DNA from: Candidatus Pacearchaeota archaeon CG_4_10_14_0_2_um_filter_35_33
GTDB taxonomy: Archaea > Nanobdellota > Nanobdellia > Pacearchaeales > GW2011-AR1
Direction of reading: 5' to 3'
Length of the DNA: 64,000 bases
NCBI GenBank assembly: GCA_002792635.1
Contig: PFOR01000012.1
Coordinates: 24,475-88,474, forward strand
The notes beneath the pieces are model-generated. The model was not told where the DNA came from. It was given only the letters and a program-made list of their open reading frames with translations, and made no database searches. A program made the translations under genes and the position numbers. Shown here piece after piece: positions 18,618 through 28,085 of the stretch (its first letter is position 1; each line of letters opens with the position of its first letter).

Positions 18618-19015
18618 AAGCAGTAAGTGCGAGACCTACAAGAGGATTGAACATTGGAAGTTTAGTAATTGCTAGTGATAATAGTGGGGCAAGAATTGTT
18701 AAGATAGTTAGCGTTAAGAGAGGAAAAACAAGAAAAGGAAGAATACAATATGCGAAAGTTGCAGATATGGTTAAGGTTTCTGTAAGAAAAGGAAATCCAA
18801 AGATGAAGGGAGAGGTATTTGAGGCTATTGTAATAAGACAAAAGAAACCATACAGAAGAAAAACTGGAGAAAGAGTTATGTTTGAAGATAACGCTGTCGC
18901 TTTGTTGAAAGACAATAAAGGAAATCCTAAGGGAACACAAGTGAAGGGGGCTGTAGCGAGAGAAGTATTTGAAAGGTGGGGTGCAGTTGCAAAAATTGCA
19001 CAATTCGTACTATGA
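18614..19015 (+). CDS. rpl14: 50S ribosomal protein L14
   Basis: L14 sequence (…LNIGSLVIASDNSGARIVKIV…). Confidence 0.9.
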   Translation: MKAVSARPTRGLNIGSLVIASDNSGARIVKIVSVKRGKTRKGRIQYAKVADMVKVSVRKGNPKMKGEVFEAIVIRQKKPYRRKTGERVMFEDNAVALLKDNKGNPKGTQVKGAVAREVFERWGAVAKIAQFVL

Positions 19016-19488
19016 AATCAAAATTTTCGACTAAATGGACGGCTAGTAAGCAGCCGAGAAAGCAAAGAAAGTATAAATATAATGCTCCGTTGCATTTGAG
19101 ACATAGGTTTTTAAATGCCCATTTGTCATTGGAATTGAGAAAAAAGTATGGCAAGAGGAGTTTTCCCGTGAGGAAAGGGGATGAGGTGCTTGTCATGCGT
19201 GGAAAATTTAAGAAAAAGAAAGCAAAAATTACGGAAGTCAATTTAAAGAAAGAAAGAATTGTTCTTGAAAATGTTAACAGAGAGAAGAAAGATGGAAACA
19301 AAGTAGCAGTTTACTTTCATCCGAGCAACTTAGTAATTGAAAGTCTTAACTTAGACGATAAAGAAAGGTTAAAGCTTCTAAAAGAAAAGCCTATTGAAAA
19401 GAAATCAGGAAAGCATGTTGAGAAAGAAGCAAAGAACGAGGATAAAAACAAGGAGAAGGAAAATGTACCTAACAAGATCAAAAGTTAA
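19012..19488 (+). CDS. rpl24: 50S ribosomal protein L24 (KOW) with K/E-rich C-terminal extension
   Basis: KOW motif GDEVLVMRGKFKKKKAKI. Internal ATG overlaps the L14 stop (ATGA). Confidence 0.85.
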   Translation: MKSKFSTKWTASKQPRKQRKYKYNAPLHLRHRFLNAHLSLELRKKYGKRSFPVRKGDEVLVMRGKFKKKKAKITEVNLKKERIVLENVNREKKDGNKVAVYFHPSNLVIESLNLDDKERLKLLKEKPIEKKSGKHVEKEAKNEDKNKEKENVPNKIKS

Positions 19489-20080
19489 TAAGAAAGTGCC
19501 AATTCCAAGAACTGGAACAAAATACGTAGCTAAAGCTTTAAGCCACTCAAATCAAGGAATTCCTGTTGTTGTTGCAGTTAGAGATTTGCTTGGTTTGGCT
19601 AAGACTTCAAGAGAAGTTAAGCTAATGGTCAAGGCCAAGAAAATAAAATTGAATGGTAAGGTTGTGAAGGATATAAGAGAAGGTGTTAGGATATTTAATT
19701 TATTAGAAGTTGGGAAGGTTTACAAGTTAATCGCCACGACGTCAGGCAGGATTGCATTTGAAGAGACTAAGGATAAGGAAAGAGTTACCAAAATAATAGG
19801 GAAAAAAATATTGAAGAATGGTAAGATTCAGATGAATTTACATGATGGAACTAATGTTTTGACCAAAGATAATGTAAATGTAGGGGATAGTGTTTACTTA
19901 GATTCGGAAAATAAAGTGGCTAAAAATGTGAAAATGGAAAAGGGAAAGGAAGTGTTTATAATTTCTGGCAGGAGTGTTGGGAACATAGGTAAAATAAAAG
20001 AGGTTAGTGAAAAAAAGATACATGTTCAATTGGAGGAAAGGGAAGTTGACTTAGACAAGTCCCATATAATAGTACTATGA
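19463..20080 (+). CDS. rps4e: 30S ribosomal protein S4e
   Basis: S4e family sequence. The start is uncertain because of overlap with the L24 tail. Confidence 0.8.
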   Translation: MYLTRSKVNKKVPIPRTGTKYVAKALSHSNQGIPVVVAVRDLLGLAKTSREVKLMVKAKKIKLNGKVVKDIREGVRIFNLLEVGKVYKLIATTSGRIAFEETKDKERVTKIIGKKILKNGKIQMNLHDGTNVLTKDNVNVGDSVYLDSENKVAKNVKMEKGKEVFIISGRSVGNIGKIKEVSEKKIHVQLEEREVDLDKSHIIVL

Positions 20081-20607
20081 AATCGGAAATCAAAACGGCA
20101 GTAGAAAATAAGATGAGACAAATAAAGATTGTGAAAGTTGTATTGAGTGCTGGAGCGACAGGTACTGATTTAGAGAAGGCCGCCAAGCTGTTAGAATTAA
20201 TAAGTGGAAAGAAAGCGCAAATAATCAAATCAGGACCAAAGAGAAGAATTCCCGCGTTTAATGTTAAGCCTAATATGCCTTTAGGAACTAGTGTAACCAT
20301 TCGTGGTAAGAGCGCTAATGAAATATTAAAGAAAACTCTTGGTGGAATAAGTAACACCCTTGATGATGATCAGGTAGCAAAGAATGGATTTTCATTTGGA
20401 ATAAAAGAATACATAGAGATGCCTGGGATGGAATACCAAAGAGAAATTGGAATAAGAGGGTTCAATGTTACTGTCGTATTTGAAAGGGCAGGGGCAAGGG
20501 TAAAGAAGAAGAAAATAAAAAGAGGTAAATGTCCGATTAGGCAGCAGGTTCAGAAAGAGGAAATAATTAAATTCATGGAGGAAAACTTCCAGACGAAGTT
20601 TTTGTAA
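20077..20607 (+). CDS. rpl5: 50S ribosomal protein L5
   Basis: L5 family sequence. Confidence 0.9.
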   Translation: MKSEIKTAVENKMRQIKIVKVVLSAGATGTDLEKAAKLLELISGKKAQIIKSGPKRRIPAFNVKPNMPLGTSVTIRGKSANEILKKTLGGISNTLDDDQVAKNGFSFGIKEYIEMPGMEYQREIGIRGFNVTVVFERAGARVKKKKIKRGKCPIRQQVQKEEIIKFMEENFQTKFL

Positions 20608-20608
20608 A

Positions 20609-20839
20609 ATGACTGCAAGTGATTGGAATAAAATATTGAAACAGCTTAAGAAAAAGCCTGAGAAGAGAAAAAAATTCCTGAAACATAATAAGCCTAAGGC
20701 CAGAACAACAGGAATAGCTAAACAGAAGTGTGAGAAGTGCGGAAGGTTTGGGGGGCATTTAAGCCAATACAATATTAATTTGTGTAGACATTGCTTTAGA
20801 GAAATAGCGGAGGAAATGGGTTTCAAAAAATATAGTTAA
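20609..20839 (+). CDS. rps14: 30S ribosomal protein S14 (zinc-binding type Z / S29e-like)
   Basis: C-terminus [35 protein letters not shown] is the zinc-binding S14 signature. Confidence 0.85.
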   Translation: MTASDWNKILKQLKKKPEKRKKFLKHNKPKARTTGIAKQKCEKCGRFGGHLSQYNINLCRHCFREIAEEMGFKKYS

Positions 20840-20840
20840 G

Positions 20841-21215
20841 ATGGCGCAAGACATAGTATCAGATGCATTGAATCAAATGATGAATGCCAAAAAGGCAGGA
20901 AAGGAAAGCGTAGAGCTAAAGAGACATTCGAAGGTTTTGCTTTCTATTTTAGCAATTGGAAAACTTAGAGGTTATATAAAGGGTTATTCTGTTAAGGATA
21001 ATTCGGTTTCTGTTGAGTTTGGTCGCCTAAACTTTTGTAAATCTGTAAAACCAAGGTATCTTGTAAAGGCGAGGGATATAGAGAAATATGTCAGAAGATA
21101 TCTTCCTGCTAGAGGAATGGGTGTAATCCTTGTTTCAACAAGCCAGGGACTTATGACTCATCAAACGGCACAGGAAAAGAATTTAGGAGGGAGCATTATT
21201 GCTTATTTCTACTAA
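20841..21215 (+). CDS. rps8: 30S ribosomal protein S8
   Basis: S8 family sequence (MAQDIVSDALNQMMNAKKAGK…). Confidence 0.9.
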   Translation: MAQDIVSDALNQMMNAKKAGKESVELKRHSKVLLSILAIGKLRGYIKGYSVKDNSVSVEFGRLNFCKSVKPRYLVKARDIEKYVRRYLPARGMGVILVSTSQGLMTHQTAQEKNLGGSIIAYFY

Positions 21216-21760
21216 TGAAAAGAAAATTTGAGACATTTATTGAAATCCCTGAAGGGGTAGAATGTTCCTATCAGAATGGGGAATTTGAATGCAAAAAAGG
21301 AGAAAATTTACTTAAGAAAAAGATGAGCCTGTTTGATACGAAAGTTGAAGTAAAAGATGGGAAAATTTCATTCAATATTAAAAAGGCGAACAAGAATAAT
21401 ATAAAGATAATTCGGAGTTGTATTTCTCATCTGAAAAATATATTTTCTGGATTGGAAAAAGACTTTGTATATCGATTAGAAATTTGTTATGTCCACTTCC
21501 CTATGACTGTGAAACTGGAAGGTAATAAACTAGTTATATCTAATTTTTTGGGTGAGAAGAAAAGCAGAACTGTTAAAATTGAGGAGGAGGTCAAAGTAGA
21601 AGTTAAAGGGAAAGATGTTGTTGTTTCAGGAAGAGATTTGGAGAAAGTTGGACAAACAGCTGCTAATATTGAGAATGCGACGAAGGTTTCTGGCAGAGAC
21701 AGACGAATCTTCCAAGACGGAATATTTATTGTCAGTAAGAAGAGGGCAATTGAAGAATGA
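21215..21760 (+). CDS. rpl6: 50S ribosomal protein L6
   Basis: L6 two-domain pattern. Correct position in the cluster. Confidence 0.85.
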   Translation: MKRKFETFIEIPEGVECSYQNGEFECKKGENLLKKKMSLFDTKVEVKDGKISFNIKKANKNNIKIIRSCISHLKNIFSGLEKDFVYRLEICYVHFPMTVKLEGNKLVISNFLGEKKSRTVKIEEEVKVEVKGKDVVVSGRDLEKVGQTAANIENATKVSGRDRRIFQDGIFIVSKKRAIEE

Positions 21761-22104
21761 AAAAATTTATAAGAAGAGATAGTGGAAGGTTTTCAAAACT
21801 TGGAAAGAAGAGAAAAAAACTTCAGAAATGGAGGGGCGCTAAAGGAAGAGATAATAAGATTAGGGAAAAAAGAAAGGGTTATCCTAAAGCACCGGTTATC
21901 GGTTATAAGAAAAGCAGCAAAAACCAGGGAAAAATTAAGGGCTTAATTCCTGTGCATGTTTCCAACGTTAAGGACTTGGAAAAGGTTGGAAAAAAGAACA
22001 TTATCATAGTTGGGAAAATAGGAGCTAGAAAGAAAATGGAACTATTGAAGAAAATAGATGAAAGAAAACTTGAAATGTATAATGTTAGCGGAGGAAAGAA
22101 ATGA
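21757..22104 (+). CDS. rpl32e: 50S ribosomal protein L32e
   Basis: L32e family (…KKLQKWRGAKGRDNKIREKRKGYPKAPVIGY…). Confidence 0.85.
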   Translation: MKKFIRRDSGRFSKLGKKRKKLQKWRGAKGRDNKIREKRKGYPKAPVIGYKKSSKNQGKIKGLIPVHVSNVKDLEKVGKKNIIIVGKIGARKKMELLKKIDERKLEMYNVSGGKK

Positions 22105-22514
22105 AACTCGATAAGAAAAAAGAGTTGGCTGTAAGAACTCTAAAGGTTGGGAAGGCGAGAATTGTGTTTAATATTAATCGGCTTGATGAAATAAAGGAGG
22201 CTATAACCAAACAAGATATAAGAGACTTAGTTTCGTCTGGTGCTATAAAAGTTAATGAAATAAAGGGAAGGAAAACAAAGAGAAAGAGAAAAACTAGGAG
22301 AAGAATTGGAAGTGTTAAAATTAAAGTCAATACAAGAAAGAGAGATTATATGACTATAACTAGGAAGTTGAGGTCTTATCTTTTGGATTTGAAAAAAAGA
22401 AATGCAATTCCTGCTGATGTATACAAACAAATGAGAAAGGAAATAAGATTAAGTTCTTTCAAGAGTCTTGCACAAATGAAAGATAGAATAGCAAAAATAA
22501 GGAGGGAAAATTAA
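22101..22514 (+). CDS. rpl19e: 50S ribosomal protein L19e
   Basis: L19e family (…LKVGKARIVFNINRLDEIKEAITKQDIRDL…). Confidence 0.85.
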   Translation: MKLDKKKELAVRTLKVGKARIVFNINRLDEIKEAITKQDIRDLVSSGAIKVNEIKGRKTKRKRKTRRRIGSVKIKVNTRKRDYMTITRKLRSYLLDLKKRNAIPADVYKQMRKEIRLSSFKSLAQMKDRIAKIRREN

Positions 22515-22997
22515 ATGAAAAAAATAGGAAGAACCATCAAGAGGAGAAGGAAAGAAGGAAAGACTGATTACAAGGCTAGAATGGGCTTTTTGAAGAGTGG
22601 AAAGGCAAGACTTGTGATAAGAAAGACTAATAAGCATGTTATAGTACAGTTAGTTGAAAGTGATGTTGCGAAAGATAAGGTTATTAAGTCAGTTAGTTCT
22701 AAAAAATTAATTTCATTAGGCTGGCCAAAGGAAAATGTTGGAAGTCTCAAAAGTATCGGAGCATGTTATTTAACAGGTCTTGTTTTTGCGAAAGAAGTTG
22801 GAAACAAAGAAGCAATAGCCGATTTTGGACTTCATAGAAGTGCTCATAGTGGTAGATTGTATGCTGTTTTGAAAGGTGCGATTGAAGGAGGAATGAAGAT
22901 AAAATGTAATGAAAAATTTTTGCCAAATGAAAGTAGGATTAATGCAAATGAAAAGATTAAAAAGGCTATCGAGAAAGTTAAAGGAGAGTTAAAATGA
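22515..22997 (+). CDS. rpl18: 50S ribosomal protein L18 (L5e)
   Basis: L18/L5e family (…KTDYKARMGFLKSGKARLVIRKTNKHVIVQLV…). Confidence 0.85.
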   Translation: MKKIGRTIKRRRKEGKTDYKARMGFLKSGKARLVIRKTNKHVIVQLVESDVAKDKVIKSVSSKKLISLGWPKENVGSLKSIGACYLTGLVFAKEVGNKEAIADFGLHRSAHSGRLYAVLKGAIEGGMKIKCNEKFLPNESRINANEKIKKAIEKVKGELK

Positions 22998-23052
22998 TTA
23001 TAAATAAAATTTATGGAATTTTGATAGAGCGAAGATTTTCGCGGGAGCAAAA

Positions 23053-23913
23053 ATGATGGCAAAAGAAGAAACAGTGAACGAACCTAAGGATCTTGTAGAG
23101 CCAACTCCTGAAGAAATGAAAAAAATGGAAAAAGAAGAAAAGACAGCAGAGAAAATGATTGAAAAAGTTGAAGAGAAAGAAGATGAGAAAATGGTCAAGG
23201 AGGCTGAAGAAGAGCCTAAGAAGAAGACTTTTGCAGAAATAAGAAAAGAAAGAGAGAAAAAGGAACAAGAAGAAAAGTTGGTTTCATGGGTTCCAAAAAC
23301 TCAGATTGGTAAAGATGTAAAGGCTGGGAAAGAAAAAGACATTGATGAAATATTAGATGGGAGAAAGAGAATACTTGAACCAGAGATTGTTGATACTCTT
23401 TTGAAACTAGAAACTGATTTGGTATTAATTGGACAAGCTAAGGGAAAGTTTGGTGGAGGAAAAAGAAGGGCTTGGAGACAAACCCAGAAAAAAACCAAAG
23501 AAGGAAATATTTTGACATTTTCTGCTATGGCTATTGTGGGAGATAAGAAAGGGCATGTTGGCGTTGGATATGGTAAGGCGAAGGAAACCCTTCCTGCAAG
23601 AGAAAAATCCTTGAGGACTGCAAAATTAAATCTGATTAGGGTCCGAAGAGGTTGTGCACATTTTGATTGTTCTTGTGACGAGCCACATACAGTCCCTTAT
23701 GAAGTTAACGGAAAATCGGGAAGTGTTAAGATTAGGTTAACACCCGCACCCCAGGGAACAGGTCTTGTTGTTGGAGATGAAGTTAAGAAAGTTTTGAAAC
23801 TCGCTGGAATAAAAGATGTTTATGGGACTACTAAGGGGCATGTCAGAACAACATTTAATTTGGTTAAAGCAACAATTAATGCACTAACTAAAACAACAAA
23901 ACTGGAGAAATAA
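23053..23913 (+). CDS. rps5: 30S ribosomal protein S5 with ~75-aa acidic/K-E-rich N-terminal extension
   Basis: S5 dsRBD plus C-terminal domain (…GKFGGGKRRAWRQT…GHVGVGYGKAKE…TPAPQGTGLVVGDEV…) after an EK-rich low-complexity N-terminus. Confidence 0.85.
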   Translation: MMAKEETVNEPKDLVEPTPEEMKKMEKEEKTAEKMIEKVEEKEDEKMVKEAEEEPKKKTFAEIRKEREKKEQEEKLVSWVPKTQIGKDVKAGKEKDIDEILDGRKRILEPEIVDTLLKLETDLVLIGQAKGKFGGGKRRAWRQTQKKTKEGNILTFSAMAIVGDKKGHVGVGYGKAKETLPAREKSLRTAKLNLIRVRRGCAHFDCSCDEPHTVPYEVNGKSGSVKIRLTPAPQGTGLVVGDEVKKVLKLAGIKDVYGTTKGHVRTTFNLVKATINALTKTTKLEK

Positions 23914-23914
23914 A

Positions 23915-24325
23915 ATGTTATTGGTAATAAGAATAAAGGGTTTGGTGAATGTGTCTAAGAAGTTGGAGGAGGCTTTGTTTAGATTGAGACTTAGAAGAAA
24001 GTATTCTGCAATACTTTTGGAAGACAATACTGAAAATAGAAAGATTTTGAACTTTATCAGAAATTACGTCAGTTACGGTCCTATTAAAAAAGAAATGATT
24101 GAAAAACTGATTAAGGAAAGAGGTGTTTCTAAAAAAGGAAAGATAGATGCTAAAAAAGTTGTTGAAGGGCTTGAAAGAAAAAATCTTGATGAGCTGGGAT
24201 TGAAGCCTTTCTTTAGGTTGCATCCGCCAAGGGGGGGAATTGAAAGTAAGAAGCATGCTGGAGTTGGCAAGGGTGTGTTGGGAGAAAATAAGAAAATAAA
24301 CGAATTATTGGGGAGGATGCTATGA
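23915..24325 (+). CDS. rpl30: 50S ribosomal protein L30 (L7e family)
   Basis: L30/L7e sequence (MLLVIRIKGLVNVSKKLEEALFRLRLRRKYSAILLEDN…). Confidence 0.85.
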   Translation: MLLVIRIKGLVNVSKKLEEALFRLRLRRKYSAILLEDNTENRKILNFIRNYVSYGPIKKEMIEKLIKERGVSKKGKIDAKKVVEGLERKNLDELGLKPFFRLHPPRGGIESKKHAGVGKGVLGENKKINELLGRML

Positions 24326-24537
24326 AACCTGGAAATTTAATGTGGGAATGTGATTCGTGTGGGAAGATTGAATATGGTGGTAATCCTCCTGAGGAATGTG
24401 AAGAATGCTGGAAGATGAATAGTTTTGTTCAGGTTGATGAAGATGAATTGGATATTAAAAGAGAAGCAAATATCGTTGAAAAAATTAAAATTGACTTTGA
24501 CAAGGAGGATGAAGATGCAGATGAAGAAGAGGACTAA
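24322..24537 (+). CDS. small rubredoxin-like zinc-ribbon protein with acidic C-terminal tail (inserted between L30 and L15)
   Basis: 71 aa with CDSCGK…CEEC (CxxC-x14-CxxC) followed by a D/E-rich tail. Start overlaps the L30 stop. Confidence 0.4.
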   Translation: MKPGNLMWECDSCGKIEYGGNPPEECEECWKMNSFVQVDEDELDIKREANIVEKIKIDFDKEDEDADEEED

Positions 24538-24967
24538 GAGAAGCAGATATCGGGGAACTCACACTCATAAAAGGGGCGCAAAAAAGAAAGCGAGAGGAAA
24601 AGGACATAGAGGAGGCGTTGGTAAATCTGGAAGTGGAAAAAGGGCTGATCAAAAAAAGAACTTGAAAAAGGATAAAGGTAAGGGATATTTTGGTAATGTG
24701 ATTAGAAAAGGTGGAAGGAGAGCAAATAAAATTGAGATAGTAGACTTAGGGAAGATAAAAGATTTTGCAAAATATGGTAAAAAATCTGGAGATTCGTGGA
24801 AATTGAATTTGGAAGGGAAGAAAGTGTTGTGTACCGGAGAATTAAAGGGCAAATTTATTATTAATTCTAAATCTGCGTCTAAAGGTGCTGTTGAAAAAAT
24901 AAAAAAGACTGGTGGAAGCATAGCCTTAAGTGATGACAAGGATTCAGAAAGTAAAGAAAAAGAGTAA
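24521..24967 (+). CDS. rpl15: 50S ribosomal protein L15
   Basis: L15 family (…KRTKRSRYRGTHTHKRGAKKKARGKGHRGGVGKSG…). Start is ambiguous among three ATGs at 24509-24521. Confidence 0.8.
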   Translation: MKKRTKRSRYRGTHTHKRGAKKKARGKGHRGGVGKSGSGKRADQKKNLKKDKGKGYFGNVIRKGGRRANKIEIVDLGKIKDFAKYGKKSGDSWKLNLEGKKVLCTGELKGKFIINSKSASKGAVEKIKKTGGSIALSDDKDSESKEKE

Positions 24968-24998
24968 GTGTTAAAAAGCTCTTTTTTGTAAGAAAAAT

Positions 24999-26396
24999 AT
25001 GGTGTTGAAAACAATAATCCAATATATTCCAGAGGTTAGAAAGCCTTCTGAGAAAAAAGTTAGTTTTAATACAAAGCTGAAGTGGACATTAATTATCTTG
25101 GGTGCATTTTTTGTTCTTGCTAATATTCAGTTATATGGGTTGTCTGCAAATGCATTAGGAAGGTTTGAATATTTAGCAATAATTCTTGGGACTGATTTCG
25201 GCTCAGTTATAAGTCTGGGCATCGGACCAATCGTTATGTCCTCTATTATTCTTCAGCTGTTGGTTGGAGCAGGTATTTTGAATATAGATACGAAGACTGA
25301 TGAAGGGAAAAGGTATTTCCAAGGAATCCAGAAAATAGGAGTTTTGTTCTTTATAGTCTTTGAGGCAATAATTTATGTCGTTATGAGAGGGTTAGAAGCT
25401 GCTCCGGGCTATAGCGGAATAGTGATTACTCAACTTATTCTGGGAGGTTTAGCTATTATGTATATGGATGAAGTTAGTCAGAAATGGGGATTTGGTTCTG
25501 GAGTTTCCCTGTTCATTGTTGCTGGAGTTGCATGGAGATTATTCACCGGACTGTTCCAGTTTATTGGTACGCAGGGTCAGAATTGTTTAGTTGATTTTAC
25601 GGGAACAAGTTATACGCCTTGTACTGGAAGAGTATTTGTTATAATTCAATCTATAATTAATGGGGCTCCGACGGAAGCAGTAGTTGCTTTAGCAACAATA
25701 ATAGCAACTGCCGTTATCTTTGTGGGAGTTGTTTGGGCTCAAAGTTTGAAAGTTGAAGTTCCTTTGACATATGATAGATTAAGAGGTTATGGTGTTAAAT
25801 GGCCTCTGGCGTTCTTCTACACATCTGTTCTTCCCGTTATTTTAGTATCTGCTTTGATTGCTAATATTCAACTGTTTGCGAGTTTGTTAGAAAATTGGTT
25901 TGGTCGTGCAACAATACTTGGAGGTTTCTCTAGTTCTGGCCAGGCAATCTCTGGATTTTCGTATTGGGTAGGTTCATCTAATTTGCTTGAACTAATATTA
26001 AGACAAAGTACCACATTTTCTGCTATATTGCAAGGCATTACACATTTGATTACATATATGTTTTTGTCGATGGTTTTTGCAATATTCTGGATGAAAACGT
26101 CTAACATGGATGCTGGAAGCCAAGCAAAGAACATAATTTCTTCTGGATTGCAAATACCTGGGTTTAGAAAAGACGAAAGGGTTTTGGAAAGTATTTTAAG
26201 CAGATACATAATGCCCCTTACAGTTATGGGTGGACTGGCTATTGGAGCGTTAGCAGCCGTTGCCAATTCATTGGGTGCATTAACATCCGGGACTGCTATT
26301 CTGTTAGCTGTTATGATTACATACCAGATGTATCAGAATATCGCTCAACAGCATGCATTAGACATGCATCCGGCTTTAAGGAAGATAATGGCTTAA
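24999..26396 (+). CDS. secY: preprotein translocase subunit SecY
   Basis: 10-TM SecY sequence, directly after L15 as in all archaea. Confidence 0.9.
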   Translation: MVLKTIIQYIPEVRKPSEKKVSFNTKLKWTLIILGAFFVLANIQLYGLSANALGRFEYLAIILGTDFGSVISLGIGPIVMSSIILQLLVGAGILNIDTKTDEGKRYFQGIQKIGVLFFIVFEAIIYVVMRGLEAAPGYSGIVITQLILGGLAIMYMDEVSQKWGFGSGVSLFIVAGVAWRLFTGLFQFIGTQGQNCLVDFTGTSYTPCTGRVFVIIQSIINGAPTEAVVALATIIATAVIFVGVVWAQSLKVEVPLTYDRLRGYGVKWPLAFFYTSVLPVILVSALIANIQLFASLLENWFGRATILGGFSSSGQAISGFSYWVGSSNLLELILRQSTTFSAILQGITHLITYMFLSMVFAIFWMKTSNMDAGSQAKNIISSGLQIPGFRKDERVLESILSRYIMPLTVMGGLAIGALAAVANSLGALTSGTAILLAVMITYQMYQNIAQQHALDMHPALRKIMA

Positions 26397-26426
26397 CTTT
26401 AAATATATAGTATTGTTTTCTAGAAA

Positions 26427-26828
26427 ATGATAATAGAATTTATTCAAGCGAATCCTAAGGCGGGTATAATTGGCCTTGCAGTTTTAATTAGCTTATTTAT
26501 TAGTTTGATTAATTTTTTTGTCTTGGACAAGGATAAGATGAGGGCCAGCAAGAAGAGACAGAAAGAAATCCAGGCAGAAATGAAGAAACATAAAGATGAT
26601 CCTGCGAAGGTGATGGAGATGCAGAAAGAATTAATGACTCATGTTGGAGACACTTTCAAGCACTCATTTAAACCTATGTTAATCACTATTATACCTATCC
26701 TTATTATATTTGGGTGGATAAGAGGTGTTTTTGCAGAGACTACTATTTCATCTACTTGGTTTTGGTGGTATCTTGGAGGTGCAATTATTTCTAGCATAAT
26801 TTTTAGGAAACTTTTTAAACTGCCCTAA
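26427..26828 (+). CDS. DUF106-type membrane protein (archaeal Oxa1/YidC/EMC3-like insertase candidate)
   Basis: TM1, then a charged coiled-coil hairpin (KKRQKEIQAEMKKHKDDPAKVMEMQKEL), then TM2 and TM3. SecY-adjacent position matches the conserved archaeal neighbourhood. Short at 133 aa. Confidence 0.45.
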   Translation: MIIEFIQANPKAGIIGLAVLISLFISLINFFVLDKDKMRASKKRQKEIQAEMKKHKDDPAKVMEMQKELMTHVGDTFKHSFKPMLITIIPILIIFGWIRGVFAETTISSTWFWWYLGGAIISSIIFRKLFKLP

Positions 26829-26840
26829 TCCTTTCTTCTT

Positions 26841-27230
26841 ATGAATCAGGCCATGATAATGGAACTTCAGGAAAAATATTCCATCTCTAATCAGTTAGAA
26901 GAGCAATTTAATCTTATTAGTCAGCAGGTCAATGAGTTAGAAGATTTTGGGGTCCATCTTAGTGAGTTGGATTCAAGTAATGAAAATGAAATTTTAGCGT
27001 CGTTAGGAAAGGGGGTATATATTCCCTCAACCATAAAAGAGAAGGAATTGTATGTTAATGTTGGTTCAGGAATATTTGTTAAGAAAAAACCTGGTGAGGC
27101 GAAGAAAGTTGTTGAAGGACAATTAAAAGAGTTGGCTAAAGCAAGAGAAGAATTGGCAGAAAGAATTGAAGGTTTGAATGAAGAAATGAGAGAGTTAATG
27201 CAGAAGTTGGAAACTGAGAAGGCTAAATAA
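26841..27230 (+). CDS. pfdA: prefoldin alpha subunit
   Basis: Coiled-coil, two beta-hairpins (LGKGVYIPSTI / LYVNVGSGIFVKK), coiled-coil. The two hairpins indicate the alpha class. Confidence 0.5.
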   Translation: MNQAMIMELQEKYSISNQLEEQFNLISQQVNELEDFGVHLSELDSSNENEILASLGKGVYIPSTIKEKELYVNVGSGIFVKKKPGEAKKVVEGQLKELAKAREELAERIEGLNEEMRELMQKLETEKAK

Positions 27231-28011
27231 TTTTATCTGCTTTTTTTATGAATCCGCTGTATTTTAAATTCCCAAGTTCAGAAATGATAGATTTGATGTT
27301 CTTTTTTGGAATTTTTTCAAATGCGGGATTCCTTATTTTAATATTTTTAGGGGCCTTTCTCCAAACCTCGTGAAAGTCTCTTTCTTCAATCTTAACATTT
27401 TTTGGAGAAAACTTCCAGGAATCTGCTATAATGTGAAGGGGGATATTATGGGTTTTGGCTATATCCGATATTGCTTCGCTTCCTATTTTATTTATCACTC
27501 CCGAATTTAGGATTGCATCTGCACCTAAAAGAATTAAATCCGCCTTTTCTATAGCATCATGCATGGCTGAATCTGCATATAATGTTGCCTTGATTCGTGC
27601 GTTGGCTAATTCCATTGCTGTTTTTCTACCTTGATAAAGAGGACGAGTTTCTGTTAATGAGACTGAAAACTTTCTGCCTTTCTTTTTTGAATATATCAGG
27701 GCCTTGACGACATTAGTTGAATGACAATGCGTGTAAATAATTTTTTTATTTTTGAGTACTTTGTAAACAAGAGAATTTATTCTGTCCTGTGCTTCGTCAA
27801 AATGTGAAAGAATACTTTTCCTAGACCATTTTTTTAGGAAATTTAACGAATTCACAAGGGTGGGTTCTGTTGGGCGAAGAGAAATCAACTTCTTTTTTGA
27901 AGAATGAGTGGGTTTTAACAGATAGGCTCTTATTGCTGCCTTGGCGACATTTGTGGCCCCCTGAATCTTAACTGATTTAATATCCTTGCAAATCTTTTCG
28001 AATTTATTCAT
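27223..28011 (-). CDS. eIF-2B alpha/beta/delta family protein (aIF2B-like / possible ribose-1,5-bisphosphate isomerase paralogue)
   Basis: Family signature …TETRPLYQGRKTAMELA…ILLGADAILNSGVINKIGS…. Confidence 0.6.
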   Translation of the reverse strand: MNKFEKICKDIKSVKIQGATNVAKAAIRAYLLKPTHSSKKKLISLRPTEPTLVNSLNFLKKWSRKSILSHFDEAQDRINSLVYKVLKNKKIIYTHCHSTNVVKALIYSKKKGRKFSVSLTETRPLYQGRKTAMELANARIKATLYADSAMHDAIEKADLILLGADAILNSGVINKIGSEAISDIAKTHNIPLHIIADSWKFSPKNVKIEERDFHEVWRKAPKNIKIRNPAFEKIPKKNIKSIISELGNLKYSGFIKKADKII

Positions 28012-28085
28012 AAAATAGACAAGAATTCTTCTTATAAAAAACTATTTAAGCTTATTACTGCTTTCTGATTCATGAGGGGTGAAGA

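Noticed and set aside
13424-26396. Hypothesis that the observed frameshifts are generic sequencing errors
   Set aside because: About 13 kb of consecutive essential genes show no frame disruption, whereas the disruptions cluster in accessory genes and include a clean 17-bp duplication. Homopolymer-associated cases (5878-5883, about 6575) remain ambiguous.
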